Source: Tubulanus polymorphus
Taxonomy: Eukaryota; Animalia; Nemertea
Assembly: GCF_964204645.1 (NCBI RefSeq)
Contig: NC_134025.1
Span: forward strand, 9,362,001 to 9,426,000
DNA: 64,000 bases
Direction of reading: 5' to 3'
Shown: positions 42,501-52,401 of the stretch, in pieces
How the letters are laid out: every line of letters begins with the position of its first letter
How positions within the stretch are numbered: the first letter of the stretch is position 1
Translations under genes and position numbers: made by a program
Notes under the pieces: model-generated
Seen by the model: the letters and a program-made list of their open reading frames with translations, nothing else
What the model was told of the DNA's origin: nothing
The model's database searches: none

Positions 42501-43517
42501 AACTGATGAAATGGAAAAAATTTTACTTTTTATAACCTTTATATAGTAAAGAGTATAATATAAATTGCTAACCATGGATAGAGTTAATCTTAAGTTACTA
42601 TAAAACAATAATTATGAAGCGAGACCTCACACGGAAGCTCGCGCCATTTTGCAGAGCTTTTCGGGACCTGTGGTGACAGGTCTGCATTAAAACTGATGAA
42701 ATGAAGGAAAACATTAATTCTTATGGTCTCTTTATAGCAAAGAGTATAATATCAATTGCTAATCATGGATAGAATTAATCTAAAGTTACTATAAAACAGA
42801 AATTATGAAGCGAGACCTCACACGGCAGCTCGCGCCATTTTACAGAGCTTCTCGGGACCTGTGGTGACAGGTCTGCATTAAAACTGATATAAGAAAAAAA
42901 CTTCATGCTTTAAATTGATGAGTTGATTTAAAATCAGTCTCAATAAAATCAGTCTCTATATTGCATTCGGCTCTTTTACATGTACATCATAAAGACAATG
43001 AATATAAATAGTGAGACTTCAGGACTTCAGGACAGTGAGGAGTGTTGCCGAACTGTGATAGTGAGCAGATAATTTTCAGTGTCTTATTGCGGAAACGAAA
43101 TATCAAGACCTCGATTCATCTAGCGAAAATATTCTCTTATAATGTGCTCTTATTTCTACATTAATTAATTCATCTATGCCTGAAACTTATTTTTTACCTT
43201 TAATACAGAAATAAGTCATAGTTTACACATAAATATTTTCTTCTTATAAATCAACCTTTCAAATGAATTATTTGTCAGAACATTTTCCTTATCGTTATTG
43301 TTGAATCATTTTCGATATTAACGACGGGTCAGAATATTCATTCAACTCAAAATGTTCTTCCATTCGTCTAACACATGCCTAGATATTTCGCCGTTTCGTC
43401 AAATATTGTCATGAGTTTGGGTTTTTTTGGGACCTGACATGACAGGTCAGACCTGTCATGTCAGGTCTTAAGACCTGACATGACAGGTTCTGGAAACTCT
43501 GCAGACAGACATCAATC
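39551..43517. mobile_element. ~4-kb non-autonomous TIR element carrying an internal 190-bp satellite
   Basis: ~60-bp near-perfect TIRs (GTCTGTCTGCAGAGTTTCCAGAACCTGTCATGTCAGG.. from 39557; reverse complement ending at 43510). Candidate 9-bp TSD GGTTTTTCC at 39542-39550 and 43518-43526. No transposase ORF. Confidence 0.8.
40141..42888. repeat. Tandem satellite array, ~190-bp unit, 14 full units plus a 15th core
   Basis: The GC-rich core GCGAGACCTSACACGGMAGCTCGCGCCATTTTGCAGAGCTTCTCGRGACCTGTGGTGACAGGTCTGC recurs every 190-191 bp (one unit ~198 bp), separated by AT-rich variant spacers. Confidence 0.97.
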
Positions 43518-43739
43518 GGTTTTTCCCGGGTTTCCCAGATATCTAATAATCTCGAGCAGACAGACCGATCCAAATAAAAAATCCAGCAATGTGAATGTAC
43601 AGACCCATTTGTTTCCTTCATCTGTTCCTCTACCTTTGAATCGTGATCACAGCACAGGGGCTCGTATCAGAGTTGTAGGTAATTAGGTATTTAGTGTATA
43701 AACGATAACCCCATAACGTGGCTTACAAGTTACATTACT

Positions 43740-43855
43740 TAGTCAGTAAGTCTGTCTGTGGTTTAGTTTCACGATCGGATATTTTCACAAACCACATATT
43801 GGTGTAAGCCCATCCGATTATAAAAAGCTTACCACCAACGATAGGTAACTAACTA
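43740..43855 (+). mobile_element. Intact ~115-bp MITE with TAG...CTA termini (AcademH-like ends)
   Basis: Imperfect TIRs TAGTCAGTAA / GTAACTAACTA; internal hairpin TGTGGTTT..AAACCACA; degenerate TSD TACATTACT/ACACTTACT. Siblings at 49233-49347, 38856-39274, 50422-~51305 and at the ends of 44054-44901. Confidence 0.8.
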
Positions 43856-44053
43856 ACACTTACTGAGCAGTTGATGGTAAATGACCTCGTTCGCTGATTA
43901 AGAAACTTTACACCACAAACACTAATCGATTCGTCATACCGGCCGTAGTAGGAGCCAGAGTTGGGTAAGAAAGACCACTATTTTTCTAATCACAAAGCCT
44001 AAATTATTGATTGCATGGCTATAGGCCTATCCACAGACAGGCATAGGGACTTG

Positions 44054-44901
44054 TAGTTAGTTACCTAATCGTTGGTGGTAAGCTTTTTATAATCGGATGG
44101 GCTTATACCAACGTTAGGGATGACAAGGACCAAAACACGGTTGAAAAAAGTAACACTTCAAAAATATACTTTCTATTCACTTCAGTCCACAATTAATGGC
44201 TTAATTCACAAACTAACACAGGTACCTTTCGAAATAATCCAATTTTATGTACGTTTCGAGTGATTAATCAACATTATTTTGAGAAATTAATTAATTTCTC
44301 CACAAATTTCGCCATTGGCCGCCATTTCTCTGTATTGCACATGTGGCATGATAAGACAAGGGGACCTACAAGGATTTATATAAAACTTTCAAGACGAAAC
44401 GACAATTTTTATTTTTGATGGTTTTCCAACTTTTATTTCAAGTCTTCGTGTTTTCCATGATAAATAATGAAATGATAAATTTCTGGTAAAAGAAAAATGT
44501 GAATAAGTGTTGATTTTTTAATTTTTTTAAATTTCGTCGTTTCGCTTTGTTAGTTTGTGCTGTTGTCCTGGGCTCAGTCCACAGATGCCAGCACCTCCAG
44601 TAATTTTCAAAATGGCAGCTGTTGACTGGACGGAAATTTACTCTCACTTTACGGCCGATTTGCACATGGATTAAGATCGTCAGGTGAGGTGTTATAGGTA
44701 TCAGACAAACTACGAATCTGTTGTGCGTCGATTACAACAAAAATGAGACAGATATCTTAAGAGACAATGAAATGCCAGGCAAATTACTCGTCAGTCAAAT
44801 TGGCTGACGAAGATTTCATACAAAAATGACCTTCCCATTCCTGACTGTGGTTTGTGAAAATATCCGATCGTGAAACTAAACCACAGTCAGGTTACTGACT
44901 A
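44054..44901 (-). mobile_element. 848-bp TAG...CTA element with a perfect 9-bp TSD and ~730 bp of internal cargo
   Basis: AGGGACTTG at 44045-44053 and 44902-44910 flanks the element. Its ends, 44054-44110 and 44843-44901, are the two halves of the 115-bp MITE. Confidence 0.85.
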
Positions 44902-45001
44902 AGGGACTTGTCACATTTGATAAAGAATGAATAAAACCATTACCGGTACCATAATGACCAACCCCAATATCATAATCTGAAAATACAGGTATGGCGGAGC
45001 T

Positions 45002-45071
45002 TAGTCTGAATACCAGTCGTTGTTATGGGTTCCCTATGGTTTGGGAAGCGACGGCTGTACTAATTAGACTA
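45002..45071. mobile_element. Small TAGTCT...AGACTA MITE
   Basis: Termini TAGTCTGAATACCAG / CTGTACTAATTAGACTA; near-TSD GGCGGAGCT/GGTGGAGCT, offset by 3 nt on the right. Confidence 0.5.
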
Positions 45072-45264
45072 AAAGGTGGAGCTGGTCATTTATTGGTTTT
45101 TTTAGCTGGTTTTATTCATTCGCTATCTTGATCTTGATTATTATACTGCATCGACCGCGTATTCGTGTATTGGTGATGCAGGGAGTTGCACAATGGTATT
45201 CGCTCTGAACACTCTGATTTAGTTCTGTTTGGTACTGCTAGCAATTTTAACAATTCCCAGTGAT

Positions 45265-45383
45265 CACAGAGGCCTGACAATAAGTTTTTGACCGCAGTGT
45301 CCCAGGTAATAAAAAACTTTTTTACATGGGCCTATAGTACCTAGGATACTGGGGTCAAAAACTTTTTGACTCAGGCCCCTGTT
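45265..45383. mobile_element. Degenerate CACAG..CTGTG-family palindromic MITE; another at 50244-50370
   Basis: CACAGAGGCCTGAC..TTTTTGACC..CCAGGTA is mirrored by TACCTAGGATACTGGGGTCAAAAA..TCAGGCCCCTGT; shares the CCTAGGATACTGGG motif with 49505-49638. Confidence 0.6.
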
Positions 45384-45625
45384 ATTGCTATAACACTTTT
45401 CAATCATATCATCATGTTATGTTCGTTGTGCTTTCTTTTATTTTCAGTCAAAATCCACATGACATTTTATTAAGAGTTGCATTAGAAGAGTCCTTAATTA
45501 TTTCGGAAACAATTCAGCTAGCGCTATCAGATTGGGAATATTGGTCGTGGAAATTCATGCCCGATTCAGAAACTAAACCTTATTAATGTTGTTTATGGAG
45601 ATTTGTGACCTGTAGCCTCATAACT

Positions 45626-48340
45626 ATGAATTCATCGGATAGTGCGACGCAAAATACACGTGAAAAACTACTAACCATTTCACGGAATATTACCAAACGG
45701 GATTTACCATACCTGAAACTGTTACTGTCCGATTATTTAGACTGCGACTCGGCCTCAATCACCGACACTCGGGTGTTGTTTAAACAGTTAGAGCTAGCCG
45801 GACACATATTGATGGATGATAACGATTTCGGTATAGTGAAAGAGGCTTTGTATTATATGAAACAAATCAAACTATTGCATAAAGTCGGCATTTCAAAGAA
45901 TGACATCGAAACGCTGATTAAGAAACAAGGATCAAACATCTCTGGTTATAGGTATGATAAAACTAACCCAATTCAATCGAAAAATTTTTCTTAACCCTTT
46001 CAGTACTGACTAATAAATGCCCTAAAGTGCTGGAGATAATTTGAAAATTCCACCCCATTGCATAGCATTGCTATAGTGCATCTACACTGCAGCGTGGTGT
46101 ATGGCTATTATTCAACTATTTGACAGGTGCGGCCATCTTTCAATGGAAACTAATTACTAATCATATCAATACACCATGGTGCGGTGTACTAGCAAAGTCC
46201 ATTACCGATTTATCCACTGCAATGCGGTGTAGACACACTAAAATTGTTAAATTGTGACAACAAATACGTAGTAGTATATCGATGATCTTTATATTCTGTT
46301 TTGTAGATTGTTTCTGTTCGGACTTGCGACTCGCCTTAGCAAGAGAGATATTAGTGATATTATGTTTCTGATAAGCGCAGATGAGATTCCCGTAGAAGAC
46401 CTAGAAGCAAACTCCAATCCGGCCGGTTTGATAAATCTTTTTGACAGTTATGGATATGTTTCGGAAGACGATGTTGACACCTTGAAAAAGCTTGTTTCAA
46501 AACTTCCTAACAAATCAATAAATAGATTTGTCAATAGTTATGAATGTTGGTATTTTGTCTATATAAGATCAATGTGAAAAGGAAGGTGTTATGTAAACGG
46601 TTGTAAGGTTTTCATATCATTTTTCAGTAGCTGTACCAAAAGAACCTGACAGCAGTCACAATGGTGATGATGAGTCTGGTAGTAATTTAGTGGTTAAATC
46701 AATATCAGCTAAAGTGAATTCAGGAGAGGATACAGAAACGGAATCTAATAGTTCGCTAGGTTCGGAAAGTGAAGTTTCTTGCAGTACATTGGCATCAACT
46801 GTTATCGAGAAGCCTGTTAACTTCAATGAAAGTAATGTACAATCAATTCCAACTACAGTGTTCGAAACAAAGGACTCAGGTGTAGAGGGCAACTCAATTA
46901 TAGAAGGAGCAGGTAAGCTTGCGTGCTGTTTACTGTTTATTATCCAGCATCTTTGTCAGGCACTGCTTTTCATGAGGATAGCCTTCATAAGCAAAGTATT
47001 TCATCGATGGTCAATACTTGAAAATTTAGCCACGATGATTGAAATATATCTTGGGTGAGCCATTAGCCGTAGAATACGTTTTCACAAATGATATGATTAC
47101 CCCGGTATTCATTTGTTTATTTTTCATAGCTTGTGGACACCATCCAGAAATCAATATTCAAAATGACAGAATTATACCCGAGATAGATTATAAAATGACT
47201 TCTAAACCGCGAGGGAAGTGCCTTGTCATGTGTAATTATAATTTTCCCGGGGTAGCGGAGTTGGAGGATCGAAACGGTTCTGAGTGTGACATAGGTGAGG
47301 GCAATCAATTGAATAACATTATACTTATTCAGTAAACCTAATCTAATACTGACATGGCCAAGTCGAGACTTTTGACTGAATCAGACTAAAAATCTTTTCT
47401 GGCTTCCTTATTTAGTTCTTAATCCATTACTTTGATCAATTTTTTTGGCTTCTGTTTGAGACGAGGTTTACTGTATAACTCATGCTAAAACATTTTGAAT
47501 TGATAATACAGGAATCAGTTCCCTTACATATCATTGCTTTTTTTTTCAATTTCAGGTAACATCCATTATCTGTTTAGTGAAAAACTCCATTTTGAAGTTC
47601 ATATATACCGTAATGAAACTGCCCCTAAAATGCGCGACATTTGTCGACAGTTTGCCGTCGGTATCGACCATTCGAAATACGACTGCTTCGTGTGTTTTAT
47701 TCTAACCCATGGCGAATTGGGCTGTGTTTACGGCACTGATGGTGAAAAAGTTAGAATAAGCGAAATAACGTATTTGTTCAGTGCTATGCCTTGTCCAACG
47801 CTGAAAGGAAAACCGAAATTATTTTTCATCCAAGCGTGTCAAGGAGCCGATGCCCAACCTGCGGTGGATTATGAAGCTGATTCTGATGGACCAATGCCAG
47901 ACACAATTCCAAATGAATCGGACTTTTTATACGCATATTCAACATTACCTGGCTATCGATCATTTCGAAGCCCCAAATTCGGTAGCTGGTTTGTGGTTAA
48001 ATTGATTGAAGTCTTCGAAGACCACTATGATAGGTTGGTTCACATGATTGTTGATTTTCTAGAGAGTTAATTCATTTATCAATTTCTGAGTTTTTCCAAA
48101 TTCGTGTAGCAAGAAAGTATGAAATAAAACTTCATCCAAAGAGATATATAACCTTTTAAATGCATATCAACGTATCATTCAGTTTTTTGTACTGTTTTTT
48201 TTTCAAGATGTGATCTTCTGAGTATGTTGACTATGGTAAACAGTGAAGTCGCTGATTTGGCTACGCAGGAAGGAAAAGGTCACGTTGCCATGTGTCCTGC
48301 TCCGATGTATACTTTACGGAAGCAAGTGCGGTTCATGTAG
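45626..48340 (+). CDS. CASP8: Caspase-8-like initiator caspase (two death-effector domains plus p20/p10)
   Basis: Exons at about 45626-45951 (DED1), 46307-46545 (DED2), 46628/46631-46911 (linker), 47130-47293 (YKMTSKPRGKCLV..RNGS), 47556-48033 (LTHGELG, KPKLFFIQACQG, SFRSPKFGSWF) and 48208-48340 (DLLSMLTMVN..TLRKQVRF, TAG). QACQG is the caspase-8/10 type motif. Confidence 0.9.
45995..46246. mobile_element. piggyBac-like MITE in a caspase intron
   Basis: TTAA-CCCTTTCAGT start and TTAA at the far end; collinear with 58655-58942; a 3' fragment also lies at ~35040-35194. Confidence 0.75.
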
Positions 48341-48404
48341 GAAGGTGCCACCATTGAACTCTGGTTTTTATTATCTATTTGATGTGAAATGAAAGATACA
48401 AATG

Positions 48405-48787
48405 ATAATAGTAATGATAATAAAAGGTGTCTTATATAGCGCTAAATCCAGCTCATGAAAAAAACCGCTCAGAGCGCTTCACATAAAAGCCTCATTAAAG
48501 AGGAAATGTTTAAGTTGCCTCCTGAAGATCTCCAAAGATGTTATAGACCGGAGGACTCCAGGAAGCTGATTCCACAAGGTTGGGCCATTGATGGAAAAGG
48601 CTAGAGACTTGAGAACTGAAAGACTTTCTATTGTATCTAGGGACTGTTGGAGAGGACGGCAAGGGACATGAATATGAATGGAGGTCACAGAGATATTTAG
48701 GAGCCAAATTATGTATGCGCTGGAAGATGAAAATGAGAACTTTGTACTTGACTCTTTGTTCAAAGGGTAAACAATGTAATTCCATAA
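48405..48787 (-). mobile_element. 5'-truncated L2/CR1-group LINE fragment
   Basis: Frameshifted ORF2 C-terminus (LHCLPFEQRVKYKVL..LAPKYL; AFSINGPTLWNQLP..FRRQLKHFLF), then the L2-type 3' end AAGCGCTCTGAG..AGCGCTATATAA and a (TTA)-like tail. Confidence 0.8.
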
Positions 48788-49034
48788 GGAAATAATGATG
48801 ATAATACCTTATTATTTCATCGTCAATTGAAGTTTACAAAAATACAGGATACCGTACTTATGTGATAGAAGGAAATGATGATACAGATATATTTAATGAA
48901 TTATCATTTCATAAGTAATTATGGATAATGTTATCATTGTAAATTAGGACATTATGTTGTCTATTTTGCATGGAATGTCACATACTAATTTGGTTGGTAA
49001 AATCCATCTTACCAAGTATCAACACAAATGAAAC

Positions 49035-49230
49035 AACCGTAGACTCCGCCCAAGTCGCATCTGATAAACTCAGATAACCGGTCGACTCAACTGATGTTTT
49101 TTGTTTAAATATTTTTTTTGTTTCACTATGTAAGCTTATGAAATACATAAACATTTAACTCAGATAACACTGAAGTTGGAGACAATTTTATGGTTCCAAA
49201 AGATCCGACTTAAGAGAAGTCTGCTCTGTA
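49035..49230. mobile_element. Degenerate Tc1/mariner-like MITE, sibling of 58201-58381
   Basis: GTAGACTCCGCCCAAGTC..CTCAGATAACC ... AGATCCGACTT..AGTCT is shared with the 58201 copy. Confidence 0.6.
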
Positions 49231-49232
49231 CG

Positions 49233-49347
49233 TAGTCAGTAACCTGTCAGTGGTTAAGTTTCATGATCGGATATTTTCACAAACCACATAGGTATAAGCC
49301 CATCCGATTATAAAACGTTTACCACCAACGATTAGCTAAACTAACTG
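49233..49347 (+). mobile_element. Copy of the 115-bp TAG...CTA MITE
   Basis: TAGTCAGTAACCTGTCAGTGGTT..ATCGGATATTTTCACAAACCACA..TAAGCCCATCCGATTATAAAA..ACCACCAACGATTAG. Confidence 0.85.
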
Positions 49348-49504
49348 TAACATGTTTTGAGCTGACATTGGGTTTTTTGTTTCATCCGCCATCTCATGTG
49401 ATTAGCCTTAGTGGTTGTTATTTAAGGAAAAAAATAAAAGAATCTTTTACATTATTTCTTTTCCTAGTGTTGTCGATTTGAGAACATATATTCATTATTT
49501 TAAT

Positions 49505-49638
49505 CACAGGGGCTCGTCACGATAGCTGGGGGTCGAAAATCAAAGATTTGACCCAGTATCCTAGGTACCACGTGGTACCTAGGATACTGGGTCCAATCTT
49601 TGATTTTCGACCCCCAGCTATCGTGACAAGCCCCTGTG
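49505..49638. mobile_element. 134-bp near-perfect loopless palindromic MITE with an 8-bp TSD
   Basis: ATTTTAAT-[CACAGGGGCT...GGTACCAC|GTGGTACC...AGCCCCTGTG]-ATTTTAAT. Confidence 0.9.
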
Positions 49639-50438
49639 ATTTTAATGTGAGAGAGGTAATATTTCATGGGTGATTGCATCTGAGTGGATATATGCATGAT
49701 GTTGACCAGGCAACACCCAATCATCGCCACGTCTTCTTGACCGTTCATAAGGATTTCATACATCGATTCTAGTCCAATATAGTGTAATAGTTAATTGATC
49801 GGGTTAATTGGCCGCCCGGCGTTAATCCTAATTAAATCACCAGCACGTGCTGCCACCACTTTAATGCGTGACATTCTCGACAGGCGGCGCTTTGGTATGA
49901 AATTTGGATTTTTTCATAGTATCGACCTTATTTTTGACATGACAGTTGATGAGATCGTGTTTTTCTACCACCTGTTAGTATTTCACGGATTTTCAAGTGC
50001 CCTTTCATAATTTGATTGCGAGGAGAGTTGATGCTAGTAGTAGAGTAACAGAACCAGGGATGTGGGAGCAAATTTTTAAAGTAAAGGCCTCTTCACTCTC
50101 TTCCTCAGTCTCTTCTCTCTCTCTCTATCTATAGTCTCGCTCTCTTCTGGTCTGCTCTCGGCAGATTGTAAAAATAATTCATCCTTTCAAATGAGCATTT
50201 TGGATTTATTGGCCGAACGATTTCATTTATTTAAAACTGCGGGCACAGGGTCCTGACACAAAAGTTTTTATCCTATTCCTGGCCCACATCCCCGGCCCTA
50301 GTATCGGAGACCTTGCTAGGATCCTCCTGGAGACGTCGGCCTGGGTCGAAACCTTGTGTTAGGCCCCTGCCTATAGCCTAAGAGGCCTTTAAGTGGAACT
50401 ACTACTATTATGACCCAGGCTTAGATAGTTGCCTAATG

Positions 50439-51214
50439 CACAGGGGTTTGGCGATGGGCTTGGATTTTATTTCCGGGTTGTTGATAATCTCGCGAGAATG
50501 GCGCTAAATATGAACTACGAATAAATTCAAAATATCACGGAAATACCTTGTGTTTATATTGTTTATTTATCCGCTATAAAGTTTCGATAAACAATTGGTC
50601 GTTAAGAATCATTATCAGACGGTCGTCACGCTACTATATAAAAGAACAAGGGATGAAACGCCTTCAGAGTTGTGCCAGCCAGAAAGTTGGGACAGTCACG
50701 TGACATTCTGATGATGTCATCACATTTAAAAATTTAACATGAAAAGTTAACATATTCACAGACCGGTATCAATTGTCAGATTATGATTCATATGAAATTA
50801 ATAATTTATAAAGAATAAATTGTGATCAAATATATAATTCATAGAAAAAAAATGCATTTGAATGTAAGTTAATCTCAAATATTTTTCGTATCATAGTTTC
50901 CATCTTAGATGCTTCGGGTTTGCATTCATTCAAATAAGAAGCGCGACTGTCACGTGACTGTCCCAACTTTCTGGCTGGCATGAATTGAACTGCGTTTCAT
51001 CCCTTGTTATTTTATATAGTAGCGTGACGACCGTCTGATAATGATCCTTAACGACCAATTGTTTATCGGAACTTAATGGCGGATAAATAAACAATATAAA
51101 CACAAGGTATTTCTATGATATTTTGAATTTATTTGCAGTTCATATTTAGCGCCATTCTCGCGAGATTATCAACAACCCGGAAATAAAATCCAAGCCCATC
51201 GCCAAACCCCTGTG
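50439..51214. mobile_element. 776-bp MITE with ~265-bp TIRs and an 8-bp TSD (hAT- or P-superfamily-like)
   Basis: GCCTAATG-[CACAGGGGTTTGGCGATGGG...CCCATCGCCAAACCCCTGTG]-GCCTAATG; arms at 50439-50704 and 50948-51214. Confidence 0.92.
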
Positions 51215-51559
51215 GCCTAATGGTGGGTAAAAAGCTTTTAGATCGAATAGGCTTATACCATATGGTTTGTGAAAACACCCAATCATTAAACCATATTCGC
51301 TGGTAATGTAGTAGACCTTTCTTTGATTGGTGCAGTTGTGCACTGTATGATTTTCACTTTTTTTCACATAGGGTTATTTTGGATAATTAAGGCCTTGGTA
51401 AAAAATTCATTTTTAAAGGGAGGGCATTCTTCGGATGAAGAAGCCGCCACAATAGGGGTTTAACTAGAGTAGACACGATGAGGCCTATGTTTTCACGATC
51501 TCTGTTTTGAGAAAAAGGGCAACCTGGATGGGAAGGTAGGGGTCGGGACTAATTACGAT

Positions 51560-51797
51560 CTGGCTCCGGTTACGGAGTCCCCAAAGGAGTGCGATAGCTC
51601 CGGTTATGGAGTACGGTTAGCGCATTCACAATACAGTAGAATTCTAACTTGCAATAGAGTGCTTTACCCACTGAGCCACAGCACACGACTGGAAGCTAGA
51701 TGAGTTAATTTATACATAGCCTCACCTAACCCTAACCCTATTCCTTCATGCATGCGTGTACGTAGATATAGTGCAGATTCCCTGTAACCGGAGCCAG
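51560..51797. mobile_element. MITE-like element with 14-bp TIRs and an internal (CCCTAA)n tract
   Basis: CTGGCTCCGGTTAC ... GTAACCGGAGCCAG; ACCTAACCCTAACCCTA at ~51725-51740. Confidence 0.65.
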
Positions 51798-51803
51798 TTT
51801 GCT

Positions 51804-52112
51804 ATAATAATAATTGACATTTATATTAGTGCAGGTATCTTAACCTGAGTGAGTTTAGATGCGCTCCAACTTTGTATTACTACCCCAAGCCTATAACTCT
51901 ATTCCACGTATCACAGTCATCTCTCCCTGGGGAGAAGTAACATCTGAGCAGCTACTAAGCGCTCGGGAGTCATCTATCAAGCCAGGTACCCGTTTACTCC
52001 TGGTTGGAGAGAGGCAATGAGGATAAGGGTCTTGCCCGAGGACACTACAGTAATATACAGGATTCTAACCCACGACCTGGCTTCCCAGAGTCGAACGCTC
52101 TGACTACTCGCC
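51804..52112 (-). mobile_element. tRNA-derived SINE with a CORE-like domain and LINE-type tail
   Basis: The minus strand reads GGCGAGTAGTCAGAGCGTTCGAC..GGTTAGAATCC (A/B-box-like), then GTGTCCTCGGGCAAGACCC..CCAGGAGTAAACGGGTACC, and ends ATATAAATGTCAATTATTATTAT. Confidence 0.75.
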
Positions 52113-52401
52113 TTCGCTCGCTCGATGATAATGTTGGAGTATCTACATTTTCTCTTCTCGATAACGATGAAGTGGGAAAACTTTTGTAGTCAATGAAGAT
52201 GGGGAGTCAATTGTCGGTGCCTCAAATTGATTTAAAGAGCATGTTTTGTAGAATTACTGATTCAAGGCTTTTACAAAATGAAGACAGGATTAGACTTGGA
52301 GAGTGTCATTGACATAGTTTCCTCTTCGTTTTTGAAGTGTAGCTAATGGATTTTTTTTGTGTATCTCTTAACAGATGACTGTCTGAAGTTTGGCTTACTA
52401 C

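Noticed and set aside
40116-42608. Repeated 66-69-aa minus-strand ORFs
   Set aside because: They are by-products of the tandem unit, with non-ATG starts and frame changes between variants.
40141-42888. CRISPR-like array (conserved core plus variable spacer)
   Set aside because: The spacers are near-identical variants of one sequence, the unit is 190 bp, the context is eukaryotic and there are no cas genes.
44845-44886. Minimal hammerhead in the 115-bp MITE hairpin (TGTGGTTT-GTGAAAA..GAAAC-TAAACCACA)
   Set aside because: The core deviates from CUGANGA and stem III is absent; TIRs and a TSD explain the family as a DNA element.
50439-50470. RSS/Transib-like heptamer (CACAG..)
   Set aside because: The TSD is 8 bp rather than 5 bp, and there is no nonamer at 12/23 spacing.
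52055-52112. tRNA gene
   Set aside because: No complete cloverleaf, and it continues into a CORE-like domain and tail, so it is a SINE head.
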